Virus record (IMG/VR): IMGVR_UViG_3300034062_005355
Strand: one strand, 5' to 3'
Source: a virus
Taxonomy: Duplodnaviria; Caudoviricetes
Length of the DNA: 64,000 nt
The position numbers were made by a program, and so were the translations under genes. Position 1 is the stretch's first letter. Each line of letters begins with the position of its first letter. The notes under the pieces were generated by a model, which had not been told where the DNA came from, did no database searches, and worked only from the letters and a program-made list of their open reading frames with translations. Shown here in pieces: positions 11,401 through 20,877 of this stretch.

Positions 11401-13316
11401 GTGTTGACGTATTAACTTTACCTGACACAAATATTATAACTTATAAATTTACTGCTACATTCCCATTAAATAATAGTGTGTTATTTACACCTGCGGTTAG
11501 TGGTTTTTTCGCACCATCACCAATAGGAGGTTGTTTAGCTACCGATACTTTGGTATTTTCAGTAATAAAAACTCCGAAGTTAGAAACAGGTATTGCACCA
11601 TCTTTATGTAGGTCAGGTACTATTGTCGATATAGATCAACATATGTTAGGTAGAAGTACAACATCTATTAACCCACTAAGTAGTTATTGGTATATTGGAT
11701 CACCTGATCAGATGTATAGGACTTCAATAACTAATGGTAGAAATTTCAACCCATCAAGTCCTATATTAGAAAATTTCACCAGACAGTACAGATTAGTATA
11801 TGCTGACACATCAACAACTTGTAGGGTTGCGGATACAACTACAATTCAAGTTAATGAGAATCCTGTTGTGGATATCGATTATAATATTGTTAGTGATAGT
11901 TCAATTTGTAAAACTCGTGGTAGTGTATTCTTCTTTATGAATCCAAATAACATTTCAAGTGTTGATGGTGAGATGAAAAGTTTTCCAACTTTACCGACCA
12001 CAGCATTTGATGTAACTAATGGTAAATTTACAATCAATAATGTTCCTGATGGGGTTTATAATATTAAATATTATTATAAGGATCCTGGAACGGGATGTGA
12101 TAACAAAGATTCAATAAATATTAGAATACAAAGTCCACCTCAGGTAGATATTGTAGATGATGGATCGGTTTGTTCTTATGATGCCATTTTTAATGTGGGG
12201 TTTAAAACAATACCAAGTTCGCCATATACTTGGAATTGGGTAACACCTGATGGTAACGGGAATATTATTGATAATGGTATAAATGGAATTAACTATACCG
12301 CAACACCATTCGACATTATTCGTGGAAAAGTTACTTTTAAAGTTACAACTATAGATTTAACTACCGATCCCGATATTTGTGGTTCTGTAAGTGATTCTAT
12401 AACTTATACGATTAAACCAAAACCAGTTGCTGATTTTACTATATCACCTGATAGAGGTTGTGTTGATGAGAGATATGGGTTGGTGTTAAATTCAACTTAT
12501 ACTGCGGTTCCAAGTATTGTGGGTAGTACTTATAAGTGGTATATGGATGTTACTGATTTTAATAGTACACCACTTAACTCAAATCCATTTAATCAAACTG
12601 TTTTATCACAAACATTTACTAAATCAGGAAATCACAGGATATATTTGTTTGTTGAGGCTGATGGTTGTAAAGATACTACTGACGCTACATTAACTGCTTG
12701 GCCAACACCAGTTGCGTCATTTACCACGGATCCAAAAAGTACAACAATTGCTAAACCAAATTTTGATTTCTTTAATCAATCAAATATATCCGACAATTCA
12801 AACTTAAAATATATTTGGTATTTTCCACCACTAACTCCTGGTATACCAAGAGTAGATTATACTTTTGAACCAACCCAAGTTCAGTTTATGGCAGATACTG
12901 GTTTACAGTGTATAAAACTAACTGCGATTAGTCCTAACGGTTGTTATGATTCTACACTAGAATGTGTTCGTATTGAGCCAGATATCACGGTGTTTATTCC
13001 AAATGTATTCCGTCCGATTAACGTTGATGGAAAAGGGGGAAGTACGATAGAATGTGGATTTGGATGTAATAGGACTTTCAAAGTAAGTGCTACAGGATTT
13101 GAAACATTAGAAATATTTGTATTTAATCGTTGGGGTCAAAAGGTTTATGAATCATACATGACAGATAAAACGTACAATCCTGAGGAAGGGTGGAATGGAA
13201 GAGACTTTAATAAAGGACAGGATTGTCAACAAGATGCATATATTTACCAAGTAAATGCAACCAGTTTTAACGGTAAAAAATACACATACAGCGGTTCGGT
13301 TACATTATTAAGATAA
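8469..13316 (+). CDS. large secreted adhesin-like protein with PKD/Ig repeats and T9SS type B (gliding-motility-associated) C-terminal domain
   Basis: Signal peptide ending ..NA/SHVVGSDISY; PVADFT/PVASFT PKD motifs; C-terminal FIPNVF...FNRWGQKVY...WNG...YIY...GSVTLLR. Confidence 0.85.
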   Translation: MEKIVLGKIIKKIFLLSVLILSLIGVTQKEVNASHVVGSDISYVCTTTPGVYRVQFKIYRDCQGVQLCANCPTSLSPSCNIPIILTGGSAPTGSGLPTSPCAGINFGTQNINVVTGVSGFDVVQLCSGEKSICTNCGTRTPGTFVPGIEVYTFEGNISLASIPASCCLINIGYSICCRNDAITTLVNPGALNFYTQGTINRCVTPCNSSPTFTNDPVAVTCAGQDFTYNLGAIDPDGDSLSYSFGQSLTGPGVTAPYLSPYSANVPLPYLGAPIQTPPAVPPIGISIDPVTGDLRFRPMGTFVANLIIEVRQWKMVGGVPTLMGVTRRDIQFYSRICPENNPPVLRTWTNDGVLTSPQPNFSYSVCAGQQLCFMISAWDNTAVTDTTDITWNAPTLLVSKGATFVKAYNPIQRTMIGPKYDSVRFCWTPGPEMASNLPYYFVVTAKDRACPIPARTTRSFSILVRRIPIANIIKTNKNCGFYDFSYTQTNVVPINPSYTKFLIETSPNSNTYQTFVGPNVINHRFLQGGWHKIRLQLTTTAPPSPNGCPNDNIWDSVLVVPPVDVNIRDTFNCFGTSVIVRANGRDGTPFGSTYRYTLYGGGMGSNNIIRTFGIDSNFVINPTNPGVSSSYKVVIQDLNGCKDSTLLNVFTRNLPIKELPNSVRYCFGATDTIDGGNSNGSVNIWRWNKIPVSPVLTDTVSQKITPRDSGQYIVRKTDLNGCSQLDTIMVYINERVPVSAGPNRTICEKDAPINIVGVGTTAAIDSFQWRSIPISNPDVVLSRTSILNVSPLITTSYQVRGFLTYGGVGCSYVDTMDVIVKPLPIINRPDNMSLCRNTNIVLLPNITSTNKPGLITSVWNYPSNPNAINGNQVIISNLINLPPVPPTPVRGNIIRLNVNDVDGCRISDSIVISVFPVPLINAGSSRNFCDFASVFNINPGSQLYSPNGGALATNEEWFGRGINKPNPAINYYAFNPQGVDVLTLPDTNIITYKFTATFPLNNSVLFTPAVSGFFAPSPIGGCLATDTLVFSVIKTPKLETGIAPSLCRSGTIVDIDQHMLGRSTTSINPLSSYWYIGSPDQMYRTSITNGRNFNPSSPILENFTRQYRLVYADTSTTCRVADTTTIQVNENPVVDIDYNIVSDSSICKTRGSVFFFMNPNNISSVDGEMKSFPTLPTTAFDVTNGKFTINNVPDGVYNIKYYYKDPGTGCDNKDSINIRIQSPPQVDIVDDGSVCSYDAIFNVGFKTIPSSPYTWNWVTPDGNGNIIDNGINGINYTATPFDIIRGKVTFKVTTIDLTTDPDICGSVSDSITYTIKPKPVADFTISPDRGCVDERYGLVLNSTYTAVPSIVGSTYKWYMDVTDFNSTPLNSNPFNQTVLSQTFTKSGNHRIYLFVEADGCKDTTDATLTAWPTPVASFTTDPKSTTIAKPNFDFFNQSNISDNSNLKYIWYFPPLTPGIPRVDYTFEPTQVQFMADTGLQCIKLTAISPNGCYDSTLECVRIEPDITVFIPNVFRPINVDGKGGSTIECGFGCNRTFKVSATGFETLEIFVFNRWGQKVYESYMTDKTYNPEEGWNGRDFNKGQDCQQDAYIYQVNATSFNGKKYTYSGSVTLLR

Positions 13317-13326
13317 TAATTTATTT

Positions 13327-14028
13327 ATGACTAAAACAAAACAAGTTGAGGCTATTTTCATATCTGATGTTCATTTGGGTAGTAAAGGATCAAACGCAGA
13401 ACAATTACTGAATATGTTAAAACAGTACGAACCAAAATATTTATTTATTGTTGGCGATTTTATTGATGGTTGGTTATTAAAAAAACGTCATCATTGGACT
13501 CAAAACTTTACTAATGTTATTCGTAAGGTTTTATCTTATTCTAAAAAAGGAACCAAGGTAATTTATATTATAGGTAATCACGATGAATTTTTAAGACACT
13601 ATTCACCAAGTGAGTTCGGTGAAAACATAACAATATGTGATGAGTATATTTGGAAAAAATATTACATTACTCATGGAGATCTATATGATGGTGTTGTTAA
13701 GTTGAAATGGTTGGCTCATTTAGGGTCAATTGGTTATGAGTTGGCAATACAAATAGATCGTACTATGAAACGATTTGGATATAAGCGTTCTTTAAGTAAA
13801 TGGGCTAAAGACAAAGTCAAGAACGCTGTTAAGTTTATTACTGATTTTGAAAATCAATTGGCAGATCAAGCGGATAAAAGAAATTGTAAGGGAGTAATAT
13901 GTGGACACATTCACAAACCTGAAAACAAATATATTGAAAAAATACATTATCTTAATTGCGGTGATTGGATTGAAAATAATAGTTATATTATTTTTGACAA
14001 TAACGAATTTAAATTATATTATTATTAA
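13327..14028 (+). CDS. LpxH-like UDP-2,3-diacylglucosamine diphosphatase / calcineurin-like metallophosphoesterase
   Basis: SDVHLG, GDFIDGW, GNHDE, HGD, GHIH and NCGDW motifs. Confidence 0.8.
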   Translation: MTKTKQVEAIFISDVHLGSKGSNAEQLLNMLKQYEPKYLFIVGDFIDGWLLKKRHHWTQNFTNVIRKVLSYSKKGTKVIYIIGNHDEFLRHYSPSEFGENITICDEYIWKKYYITHGDLYDGVVKLKWLAHLGSIGYELAIQIDRTMKRFGYKRSLSKWAKDKVKNAVKFITDFENQLADQADKRNCKGVICGHIHKPENKYIEKIHYLNCGDWIENNSYIIFDNNEFKLYYY

Positions 14029-14031
14029 AAT

Positions 14032-14286
14032 ATGTTAAAAGTAATACAAAAAGATAGCCTATACGAAGTTAAAGTAGAATCAAATAATAATGTGATAGGA
14101 CATTTTATATTGGATGTTGATGGATATTATTATTTCGCACCTAATGGACTTAATGAAGGTGGTGTTTGGTCAGATTATATTCTACTTGAGATTGGTACTA
14201 AACTTAAAGCAATCAATAAACCTTGGGATGACCAAATAAATGAGTATTTTAAAAAAGATCAAAATCAAAATCTTCATGATTTTTAA
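14032..14286 (+). CDS. hypothetical protein
   Basis: 84-aa ORF. Confidence 0.6.
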   Translation: MLKVIQKDSLYEVKVESNNNVIGHFILDVDGYYYFAPNGLNEGGVWSDYILLEIGTKLKAINKPWDDQINEYFKKDQNQNLHDF

Positions 14287-14292
14287 ATACAT

Positions 14293-14640
14293 TTATAACA
14301 GATACTCAACAGTATTACCTGGCTCAATACTTAATCTTTCACAAGAACCACCGTCAATTTCTAACACAATATTACCATTACCACAGTAACTTGGGCAATC
14401 ATCACCTTCACATGGAGGACAGTTGTGGTGTATATTAACTATTACGTTATTTTTGATTATAATAATATCTAAAGGAATAATACAATTTTTCATCCAAAAA
14501 CACTGTTTATCACCACCCATCAAAAATAGTAGACCATCAAAAGTTTCGTCAAACTTTTTACCCATCATGCCGATATATTTTGATTTTTCATCAATTAAGG
14601 TTTTGATATTAAAAATATTTTGATTAACTTTAACTCTCAT
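14293..14640 (-). CDS. DUF192 family protein
   Basis: GMM...GLLF...FWMKNCIIPLDII; start likely MRVKV at 14640 with TATTTATA just upstream. Confidence 0.85.
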   Translation of the reverse strand: MRVKVNQNIFNIKTLIDEKSKYIGMMGKKFDETFDGLLFLMGGDKQCFWMKNCIIPLDIIIIKNNVIVNIHHNCPPCEGDDCPSYCGNGNIVLEIDGGSCERLSIEPGNTVEYLL

Positions 14641-14653
14641 AACTATAAATACA

Positions 14654-15073
14654 ATGAATGCTAAAAGATACGTTGGGGTTATCGTTAAATGCGGTGACAA
14701 ATTTTTAATCTGTAAAAGGAATGATGAATCATTAGGACAAGGTGAATGGTCAATACCTGCAGGTAAAATTGAAGGGAGTGAAAAAATTGAGGAATCCGCA
14801 AAAAGGGAGTTTTTTGAAGAGACCGCCATAAACATAAATAACTTTGAATTAGAATTTGCGGGGATAATACCAAGATATACTAGAGATGGTGGCAAAATGA
14901 AGGGATTGATGTACACTTATATTATTAATGTGGAGAAACAATTAACCCCTGATTTGGAAAGGGCTATTGATGGTCATGAACACACGGCTTGGGGTTATTT
15001 TACCCTAAACGACATGAAAAATATGAAAATTAATACTTTTTTATATAAATTGTTCGAATTTATTTCAAAATAG
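14654..15073 (+). CDS. NUDIX hydrolase
   Basis: Nudix box PAGKIEGSEKIEESAKREFFEETAI. Confidence 0.9.
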   Translation: MNAKRYVGVIVKCGDKFLICKRNDESLGQGEWSIPAGKIEGSEKIEESAKREFFEETAININNFELEFAGIIPRYTRDGGKMKGLMYTYIINVEKQLTPDLERAIDGHEHTAWGYFTLNDMKNMKINTFLYKLFEFISK

Positions 15074-15159
15074 TTGACTTTTGGATATTGTAGACTATAT
15101 TTATAATCTCAAGTCCGAAAGGACAAACATCCCCACAAATATAGTTTCGTAAAATAAAA

Positions 15160-15547
<388 letters not shown>

Positions 15548-15613
15548 TGAAACAATCACGAAAAGGTTGACGTTGTTGTAAAACTATGGTTTCCTTTTCT
15601 AAAATTGAAATTC

Positions 15614-15623
15614 GTTCTTTGAA
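15614..15623 (+). promoter_or_regulatory. boxA-like antitermination element
   Basis: GTTCTTTGAA immediately before the large ncRNA; resembles rrn boxA. Confidence 0.5.
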
Positions 15624-15629
15624 TATAAA

Positions 15630-16510
15630 ATATTTATCCGTTCAGTAGTTTATTATGAGACCTTCGGGTTGATTATGAGACATTTAATCTGATAAAGGTA
15701 ATCGGCCGTATATGGTCGTTAAATAAACCATGAAAGTGGGATAAAGTGAACCTGTTGTGTTAACAGGATTGCGGCTTCGGTAACGGAGCTCGAGTATACA
15801 GGCGAGATATCATCTTTGCTTTAGTAATCGAGGGTAACACTGTAGATGAAGAGTTGAGATGACCAAGCGATGTGGGTCGTTTGGTTGAGATGGGAACATC
15901 AATAAGAATAACTCGTAGGGATATTGTAAAAAGTGAGACCTCCAATCTCATCATTGCGAATTCCAATACGAAAGTGGACTTAAAACCGAAAGGTATGATA
16001 GAGTACAGGTGGTGCTGTTACTATCCCTACTTTGAATCTACCAAGGTTCTTAGTTTGAAGTAAACTTGACATATGGAGGTGGGGACATCTCAGGGAGTAG
16101 TTTAGTATTCTGTTGTTCAAAAGATAACGGAGCTTACGGTGGACCACTACTTCTATCATCCACGACACAAACCTTAATATACATATGTTAATGTAATAAT
16201 TAATTAAAATATCAAGCACAAGTGTCCATCAGGTTTTGATGAAAGTCGCCTACATAGTCATGGGTTGTCCATGGCACACTGAGACTGCAAGTTGATGTGT
16301 ATTTTTACCAAAAACCTCTAAGGGGTCGAACCCTGAGTTAGCTCGCAAGGTTAAAGAGAGTTGAGTAATGAAAGAGTAGTTAAAACCTTTAGGAGTGATT
16401 GGTCTAACCAATCGGCGATGAGGATTACATCCCAAAAGGATGTGGATATAAAGGGAACTAATAATCCTTTTAAAGATTCTCAATAATAGGTGTAATCTCA
16501 ACCTTTTTAG
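15630..16510 (+). ncRNA. large structured ncRNA, probably GOLLD-like (boundaries approximate)
   Basis: ~880 nt with no credible ORF, GC above background, many UUCG/GNRA-capped stems; lies after a tRNA and ends at a terminator. Confidence 0.65.
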
Positions 16511-16515
16511 CCACT

Positions 16516-16549
16516 AAACCTCATCTGTTAATTCAGGTGGGGTTTTTTT
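16516..16549 (+). terminator. intrinsic terminator
   Basis: aaacctcatctg...caggtggggttttttt. Confidence 0.75.
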
Positions 16550-16613
16550 ATTTAAAAATAATTTGGTTTGTTATAATAATTTCAATATCTTTGTATTGTT
16601 AATAAGAAAGAAT

Positions 16614-16895
16614 ATGAACACAATATCACATAACATTAAAATTCAGCATGAAACATTTGGTGTATTATTAGATGAAACATTTGTAAATGCCACCCAATTT
16701 AAGTTGTTCTTAAAAATGATACAAGGTTGTATTGAGTTAAAGAATGATTTAACTTTCTTTAATGGTTATGATTTTCTTATTCACATTCCTTACAAACATT
16801 TGGTTAGTTCAATTATCACAACAAAAATAGATATATATACGTTAGCAGAGCATTTGGTTGCCAAATCTAAAATGGAGGCATTAGAAACAAAATGA
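16614..16895 (+). CDS. hypothetical protein
   Basis: Start likely MNTISH, after a TTTGG...TATCTTTG promoter. Confidence 0.65.
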   Translation: MNTISHNIKIQHETFGVLLDETFVNATQFKLFLKMIQGCIELKNDLTFFNGYDFLIHIPYKHLVSSIITTKIDIYTLAEHLVAKSKMEALETK

Positions 16896-17215
16896 TAACG
16901 ATTGAAGATGTAAAGAAATGGTCTAAACCACACCCAATGTCAGAGTATTTAGGTATTGGTGGTGGTAAAGGTAGAATGTCTCGTTTTGGAAACAAAGAAA
17001 TTGAATTTTCTATTGTTGGTGGAGACCGAGGTTTGTATGGTGATTTTGAAAAAACTTTTGAAGTTGCAATATTTGATAGAAAGTCAAATGATTTTGTCAC
17101 AAGATTTTTTTATCCTGAAGCAACCGACGATGTAATTCCATACATGGATGCAAACAAAGTTGAAGAGTTAGTAAATTCTGTAATTAAAAGAGAGAGATTG
17201 AGTGTTGAAAGATAG
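16892..17215 (+). CDS. hypothetical protein
   Basis: 107-aa ORF overlapping the previous stop codon. Confidence 0.7.
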   Translation: MITIEDVKKWSKPHPMSEYLGIGGGKGRMSRFGNKEIEFSIVGGDRGLYGDFEKTFEVAIFDRKSNDFVTRFFYPEATDDVIPYMDANKVEELVNSVIKRERLSVER

Positions 17216-17271
17216 TTTACAAGTTTATTAAAACTTGGTGGTGGACGCCTGACAATTCCAGTCAGTCCCTG

Positions 17272-17299
17272 AAAGAGAGGCTTCGGTCTCTCTTTTTTT
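17272..17299 (+). terminator. intrinsic (possibly bidirectional) terminator
   Basis: aaagagaggcttcggtctctctttttt between convergent genes. Confidence 0.85.
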
Positions 17300-17801
17300 A
17301 TATCTGAGAATCAAAGTGGATTATTAATCCTGTTTTTTTGAATATTTGAGATATACATTCGTATTGAATATCGTCCATAAATTCACCATATTCACCCATT
17401 GTACCTAAGTCAACTTCATCATATATGTCGTCTAAAGTTTTTTCTTCACCATCATGAATTAACATGGAATCACCCCAAGTATAATGTATCCATACTTCTT
17501 TATATTCTTCATCACCCTCAACAAAATCAAATCCGTTGATGATTAGATAGATATATGAACCAGTCTCACCAACCCTGTCACTTAAATCTATTTTAATTCC
17601 AGGTGAATAAGTGGCACCTAACGATGAAAAAGTCTTGTTAACAAATTCATTTGCTCTTTCTTGACCTACTTCTAATATTAAATCTTCTATAAAATTATTA
17701 AGGTTATAGTTAATTGAGTTGGCAATTACCAATGAATTGGGTGATGGATTAGGATAACCCAACTTTTGTGCTACTTTAAGAAATGTTTTTAAATCTGACA
17801 T
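17298..17801 (-). CDS. hypothetical acidic protein
   Basis: 167-aa ORF. Confidence 0.7.
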   Translation of the reverse strand: MSDLKTFLKVAQKLGYPNPSPNSLVIANSINYNLNNFIEDLILEVGQERANEFVNKTFSSLGATYSPGIKIDLSDRVGETGSYIYLIINGFDFVEGDEEYKEVWIHYTWGDSMLIHDGEEKTLDDIYDEVDLGTMGEYGEFMDDIQYECISQIFKKTGLIIHFDSQI

Positions 17802-18658
17802 TATAGTGTGTATTTTTCTAATCCATCGTTATCCATCCAAATACGATAATAACTTTTATATAGTTTTGGCTCATCTTCATAGTTTGCGCAATAAACGTCA
17901 TTAGGTAGGACTGCAGAACGAAACTCAGAATGTTTTTCATCATAACCTAATACAATATATTCATCACTTAGACGGTCAAAATCGTATTCTGAAAGTGCTG
18001 GTGTCATTGTACCTGATTCAAGTTCGCATTTGTCCTTAATAAAACTATTCCAAGTAATTATAAAATAATATTTGTATTCATGTTCATTTGTTTCTACCTG
18101 TCCGTCACCGTCACAAGTTGAACAGTCTTCAGTCCCACGTCCATCACAGTTTTCACAATATTCATTACCGCTACCACCACATTCGTCACAACCAATTTCA
18201 CCACTACCATAACAATAATCACAGTCTACGTATTCATTATCCTCACCATCCACTTCAATTCTCCCATCTCCATTACAGGTTTCACAATTAACCGTTCCAT
18301 TACCAATACATTTATTGCATTCAATACTTCCTTCTCCGCCACAATAACCACAACGAAGTGAACTATCGCCGCCGCACTCATCGCATTTTGCTTGATAATA
18401 ATCTGGCTCCATAATAAATAAGGAAGCAAAACCTGATTTATTTAATATATTTTCAGCCAATTTAAAGTTACCTGTGTTTTTAAGTGAATATATGTATAAA
18501 ACTAATTTAAGTATGTTTGAAGGGTCAAAGTTTTGGAAATACTCAAATTGTTGTTTATATACATTATTAAAACGGATATAACAATCTTGAGCGTTTTTAA
18601 AGTCCTCAGAAAATAGTCCAACCATTTTGGTTGATAGCCTTTGTAATTTCTCGTTCAT
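17801..18658 (-). CDS. protein with DnaJ-type zinc-finger repeats, no J domain
   Basis: Eight CxxCxGxG-like units. Confidence 0.8.
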   Translation of the reverse strand: MNEKLQRLSTKMVGLFSEDFKNAQDCYIRFNNVYKQQFEYFQNFDPSNILKLVLYIYSLKNTGNFKLAENILNKSGFASLFIMEPDYYQAKCDECGGDSSLRCGYCGGEGSIECNKCIGNGTVNCETCNGDGRIEVDGEDNEYVDCDYCYGSGEIGCDECGGSGNEYCENCDGRGTEDCSTCDGDGQVETNEHEYKYYFIITWNSFIKDKCELESGTMTPALSEYDFDRLSDEYIVLGYDEKHSEFRSAVLPNDVYCANYEDEPKLYKSYYRIWMDNDGLEKYTL

Positions 18659-18659
18659 A

Positions 18660-19067
18660 TTAACTAGGGTATGTTATGCTAAGAGATACTGAGAATGTGT
18701 GAACATTTTCAAGTTCGTAATTTATTTTAAATATCATTACATCTGATACATAAACATTATCATCACCTGATTTTAACTTTCCTTCTTGAGTTGGGGTATA
18801 TTGTGTAATAACACCTCTAACAGTTTCAAACAATCTATTAAGGTCTGAGGTAAAAATATGTGGTTCATATCCATCAAGTGCACCTTCATATTCAAAATCC
18901 ATGTCAATATTCACTCGTTCTATTATTCTAACGCCATCAGTATTTTCCATGGTTTCAAATTCTACATCCATTTCTTTTACAATGCATTTCTTTTGTTGTA
19001 GTTCCGCTTTATAAAGGTACTTCAATTTTTCAGCAAGGACTGATTCTTTTTTAAAATCTAAACTCAT
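18660..19067 (-). CDS. hypothetical protein
   Basis: 135-aa ORF; TATTTAT upstream. Confidence 0.65.
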   Translation of the reverse strand: MSLDFKKESVLAEKLKYLYKAELQQKKCIVKEMDVEFETMENTDGVRIIERVNIDMDFEYEGALDGYEPHIFTSDLNRLFETVRGVITQYTPTQEGKLKSGDDNVYVSDVMIFKINYELENVHTFSVSLSITYPS

Positions 19068-19366
19068 ATGTAATAAATAGATTTGATTTGTAAAAATGAT
19101 TATATATATTTATTATGTAAGTTAAAACAATTATGGACTTTAAAATAACAATAACTGAAGAAGATATCAAGAATCATCCGAATAATTATGAGTTGGGTAA
19201 TTACATTAGAAAAAAATATCATGAATATTCTAACTTAAAGTATGATAAATGTATTCAGTGCGGTCTTGAATCACCCTACACAGAGGACACACATATTGAT
19301 ATGAGGTATGGATATATTGAAGGTGTTGGACAATTTTGTTTCCAAGAAAATATTTGTAAAAAATAA

Positions 19367-19425
19367 TTTGGTAGTTCCGATTTAAATTGTATCTTTGTAT
19401 TCACAAAACGATAAAGATATGACAA
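19367..19425 (+). repeat. promoter/5'UTR cassette, copy 1
   Basis: Near-identical to 20819-20877; contains TTTG-N19-TATCTTTG. Confidence 0.9.
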
Positions 19426-19898
19426 CTACAAACACAGCAACAGAAAAAAACATCATCAAATTAACTGAAGGTATTTTGGCGGGAGACGTATTTTATGGAT
19501 CTTTTGAAACGAATATCGATGATAAGAAAATATCTGTAATGGTCTCTAATAATATTAAAGACTTAAATCAGGAATATGAATTCCGTATTGCTGGAAAATG
19601 TAATGCTGGTTTTATAAATATTCATGACATCAAAGGAACTCCTCGTAGTGTAATCACAGCATATAAGAAAAACTCTTTGGTGAATATTCAGGTTAAATGT
19701 GTTTATAAAAATGGTGTTGAACTTTGGCACAATGTTTTAACAACCAAAGGAAACAAATGGTATTCAATCGATAAATCATTCTTGGATGTTTTGACGGTTG
19801 GAAACATGAGAAAGTCATTCCCTGATATGTGCGATTCAAAGATATGGGAAAAAATGGGAGCCAAAACATGGGCGGACAAAGCCTTCACTCAAAACTAA
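19419..19898 (+). CDS. hypothetical early protein
   Basis: Start MTTTNT after a sigmaA promoter; terminator at 19903-19933. Confidence 0.7.
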   Translation: MTTTNTATEKNIIKLTEGILAGDVFYGSFETNIDDKKISVMVSNNIKDLNQEYEFRIAGKCNAGFINIHDIKGTPRSVITAYKKNSLVNIQVKCVYKNGVELWHNVLTTKGNKWYSIDKSFLDVLTVGNMRKSFPDMCDSKIWEKMGAKTWADKAFTQN

Positions 19899-19946
19899 AA
19901 TAAAATCCCCCTTGATTGGTCAAGGGGGATTTCTTATAATTAACAT

Positions 19947-20270
19947 ATGGAAAATATTAAAGAAAAATTAAAAACCGCACTAAAACAATTATCGTTTTAT
20001 ACCGTAATCTCTCTTAGTTTTGTGGCGGGAGGGTCAATCGGATACTACTACAATTACATTAAAGTAAACTACACAAAACAAACACCAGTTGTTTCTGTTA
20101 AAAAAGATGAGGTTAAACTTGCAATTGATGAAAACAATAATCTATTGGTTATCAGAAAGAAAGATGGTTCATATACCATTTATCAAGATTCTGTTGGGTA
20201 CATGATTTTTAATTTGTACGCAAAAAACATTTGGGGTCAAGCATCATCACCTAAAACACCTTCTAATTGA
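19947..20270 (+). CDS. single-pass membrane protein
   Basis: Hydrophobic LSFYTVISLSFVAGGSIGYYY; overlaps the transglycosylase gene. Confidence 0.6.
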   Translation: MENIKEKLKTALKQLSFYTVISLSFVAGGSIGYYYNYIKVNYTKQTPVVSVKKDEVKLAIDENNNLLVIRKKDGSYTIYQDSVGYMIFNLYAKNIWGQASSPKTPSN

Positions 20271-20812
20271 TGGTAAAGAATGGACTAAAATATTTCTATT
20301 TGTTGTTTGCCGTTATGGTAATCCTTGCAGCTTTTAATTTGGTGGGATTAACAAGACCAAACGAAGGTTATAAACTTGAAAACATTGGAGGTAACCCAAA
20401 CTCACCATACAGTCTTCAGGTTTATACTTCAATTGAGAAATATTCTAATGAATATAAAATCCCAAAATATATTGCATACAATATTGCCTTCCTTGAAACA
20501 AGGTATCAAGGACCATTTGATTGGGATTACCATGGGAAGTTAACATCATTTGCTGGAGCTAAAGGGCCAATGCAGATTATGCCAAAAACAGCAAATTACA
20601 TCAGTGGTAGGAACATTACTCAAAAGGAACTATTACATAACATTGACCTGAATGTTCAACTATCAATGAAACTGTTACATAAACTACGTAAACAATATAA
20701 TGATTGGGGGTTAATATGTGGATATTATAATACTGGATACCCTCAGATTAATGAATATGCTAGATTTTGTGTAACCAACAAAGATTATAAAAAAAATTGG
20801 GTGGAATATTAA
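20267..20812 (+). CDS. membrane-anchored lytic transglycosylase (SLT family)
   Basis: N-terminal TM; FLETRY (catalytic E), GAKGPMQIMPKTA, YYNTG. Confidence 0.85.
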   Translation: MMVKNGLKYFYLLFAVMVILAAFNLVGLTRPNEGYKLENIGGNPNSPYSLQVYTSIEKYSNEYKIPKYIAYNIAFLETRYQGPFDWDYHGKLTSFAGAKGPMQIMPKTANYISGRNITQKELLHNIDLNVQLSMKLLHKLRKQYNDWGLICGYYNTGYPQINEYARFCVTNKDYKKNWVEY

Positions 20813-20818
20813 AAATTG

Positions 20819-20877
20819 TTTGGTAGTTCCGATTTAAGTTGTATCTTTGTATTCACAAAACGATAAAGATATGACAA
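20819..20877 (+). repeat. promoter/5'UTR cassette, copy 2
   Basis: Near-identical to 19367-19425. Confidence 0.9.

Noticed and set aside
14641-14916. N-terminal extension of the DUF192 ORF
   Set aside because: Overlaps the NUDIX gene on the other strand; the real start is probably 14640.
15760-16501. Short ORFs inside the ncRNA
   Set aside because: Present on both strands, atypical composition, no homolog-like motifs.
15600-16510. tmRNA, RNase P or rRNA as the identity of the large RNA
   Set aside because: No tRNA-Ala-like ends or T-arm/CCA, no recognisable P4 or rRNA signature, and the wrong size for tmRNA.
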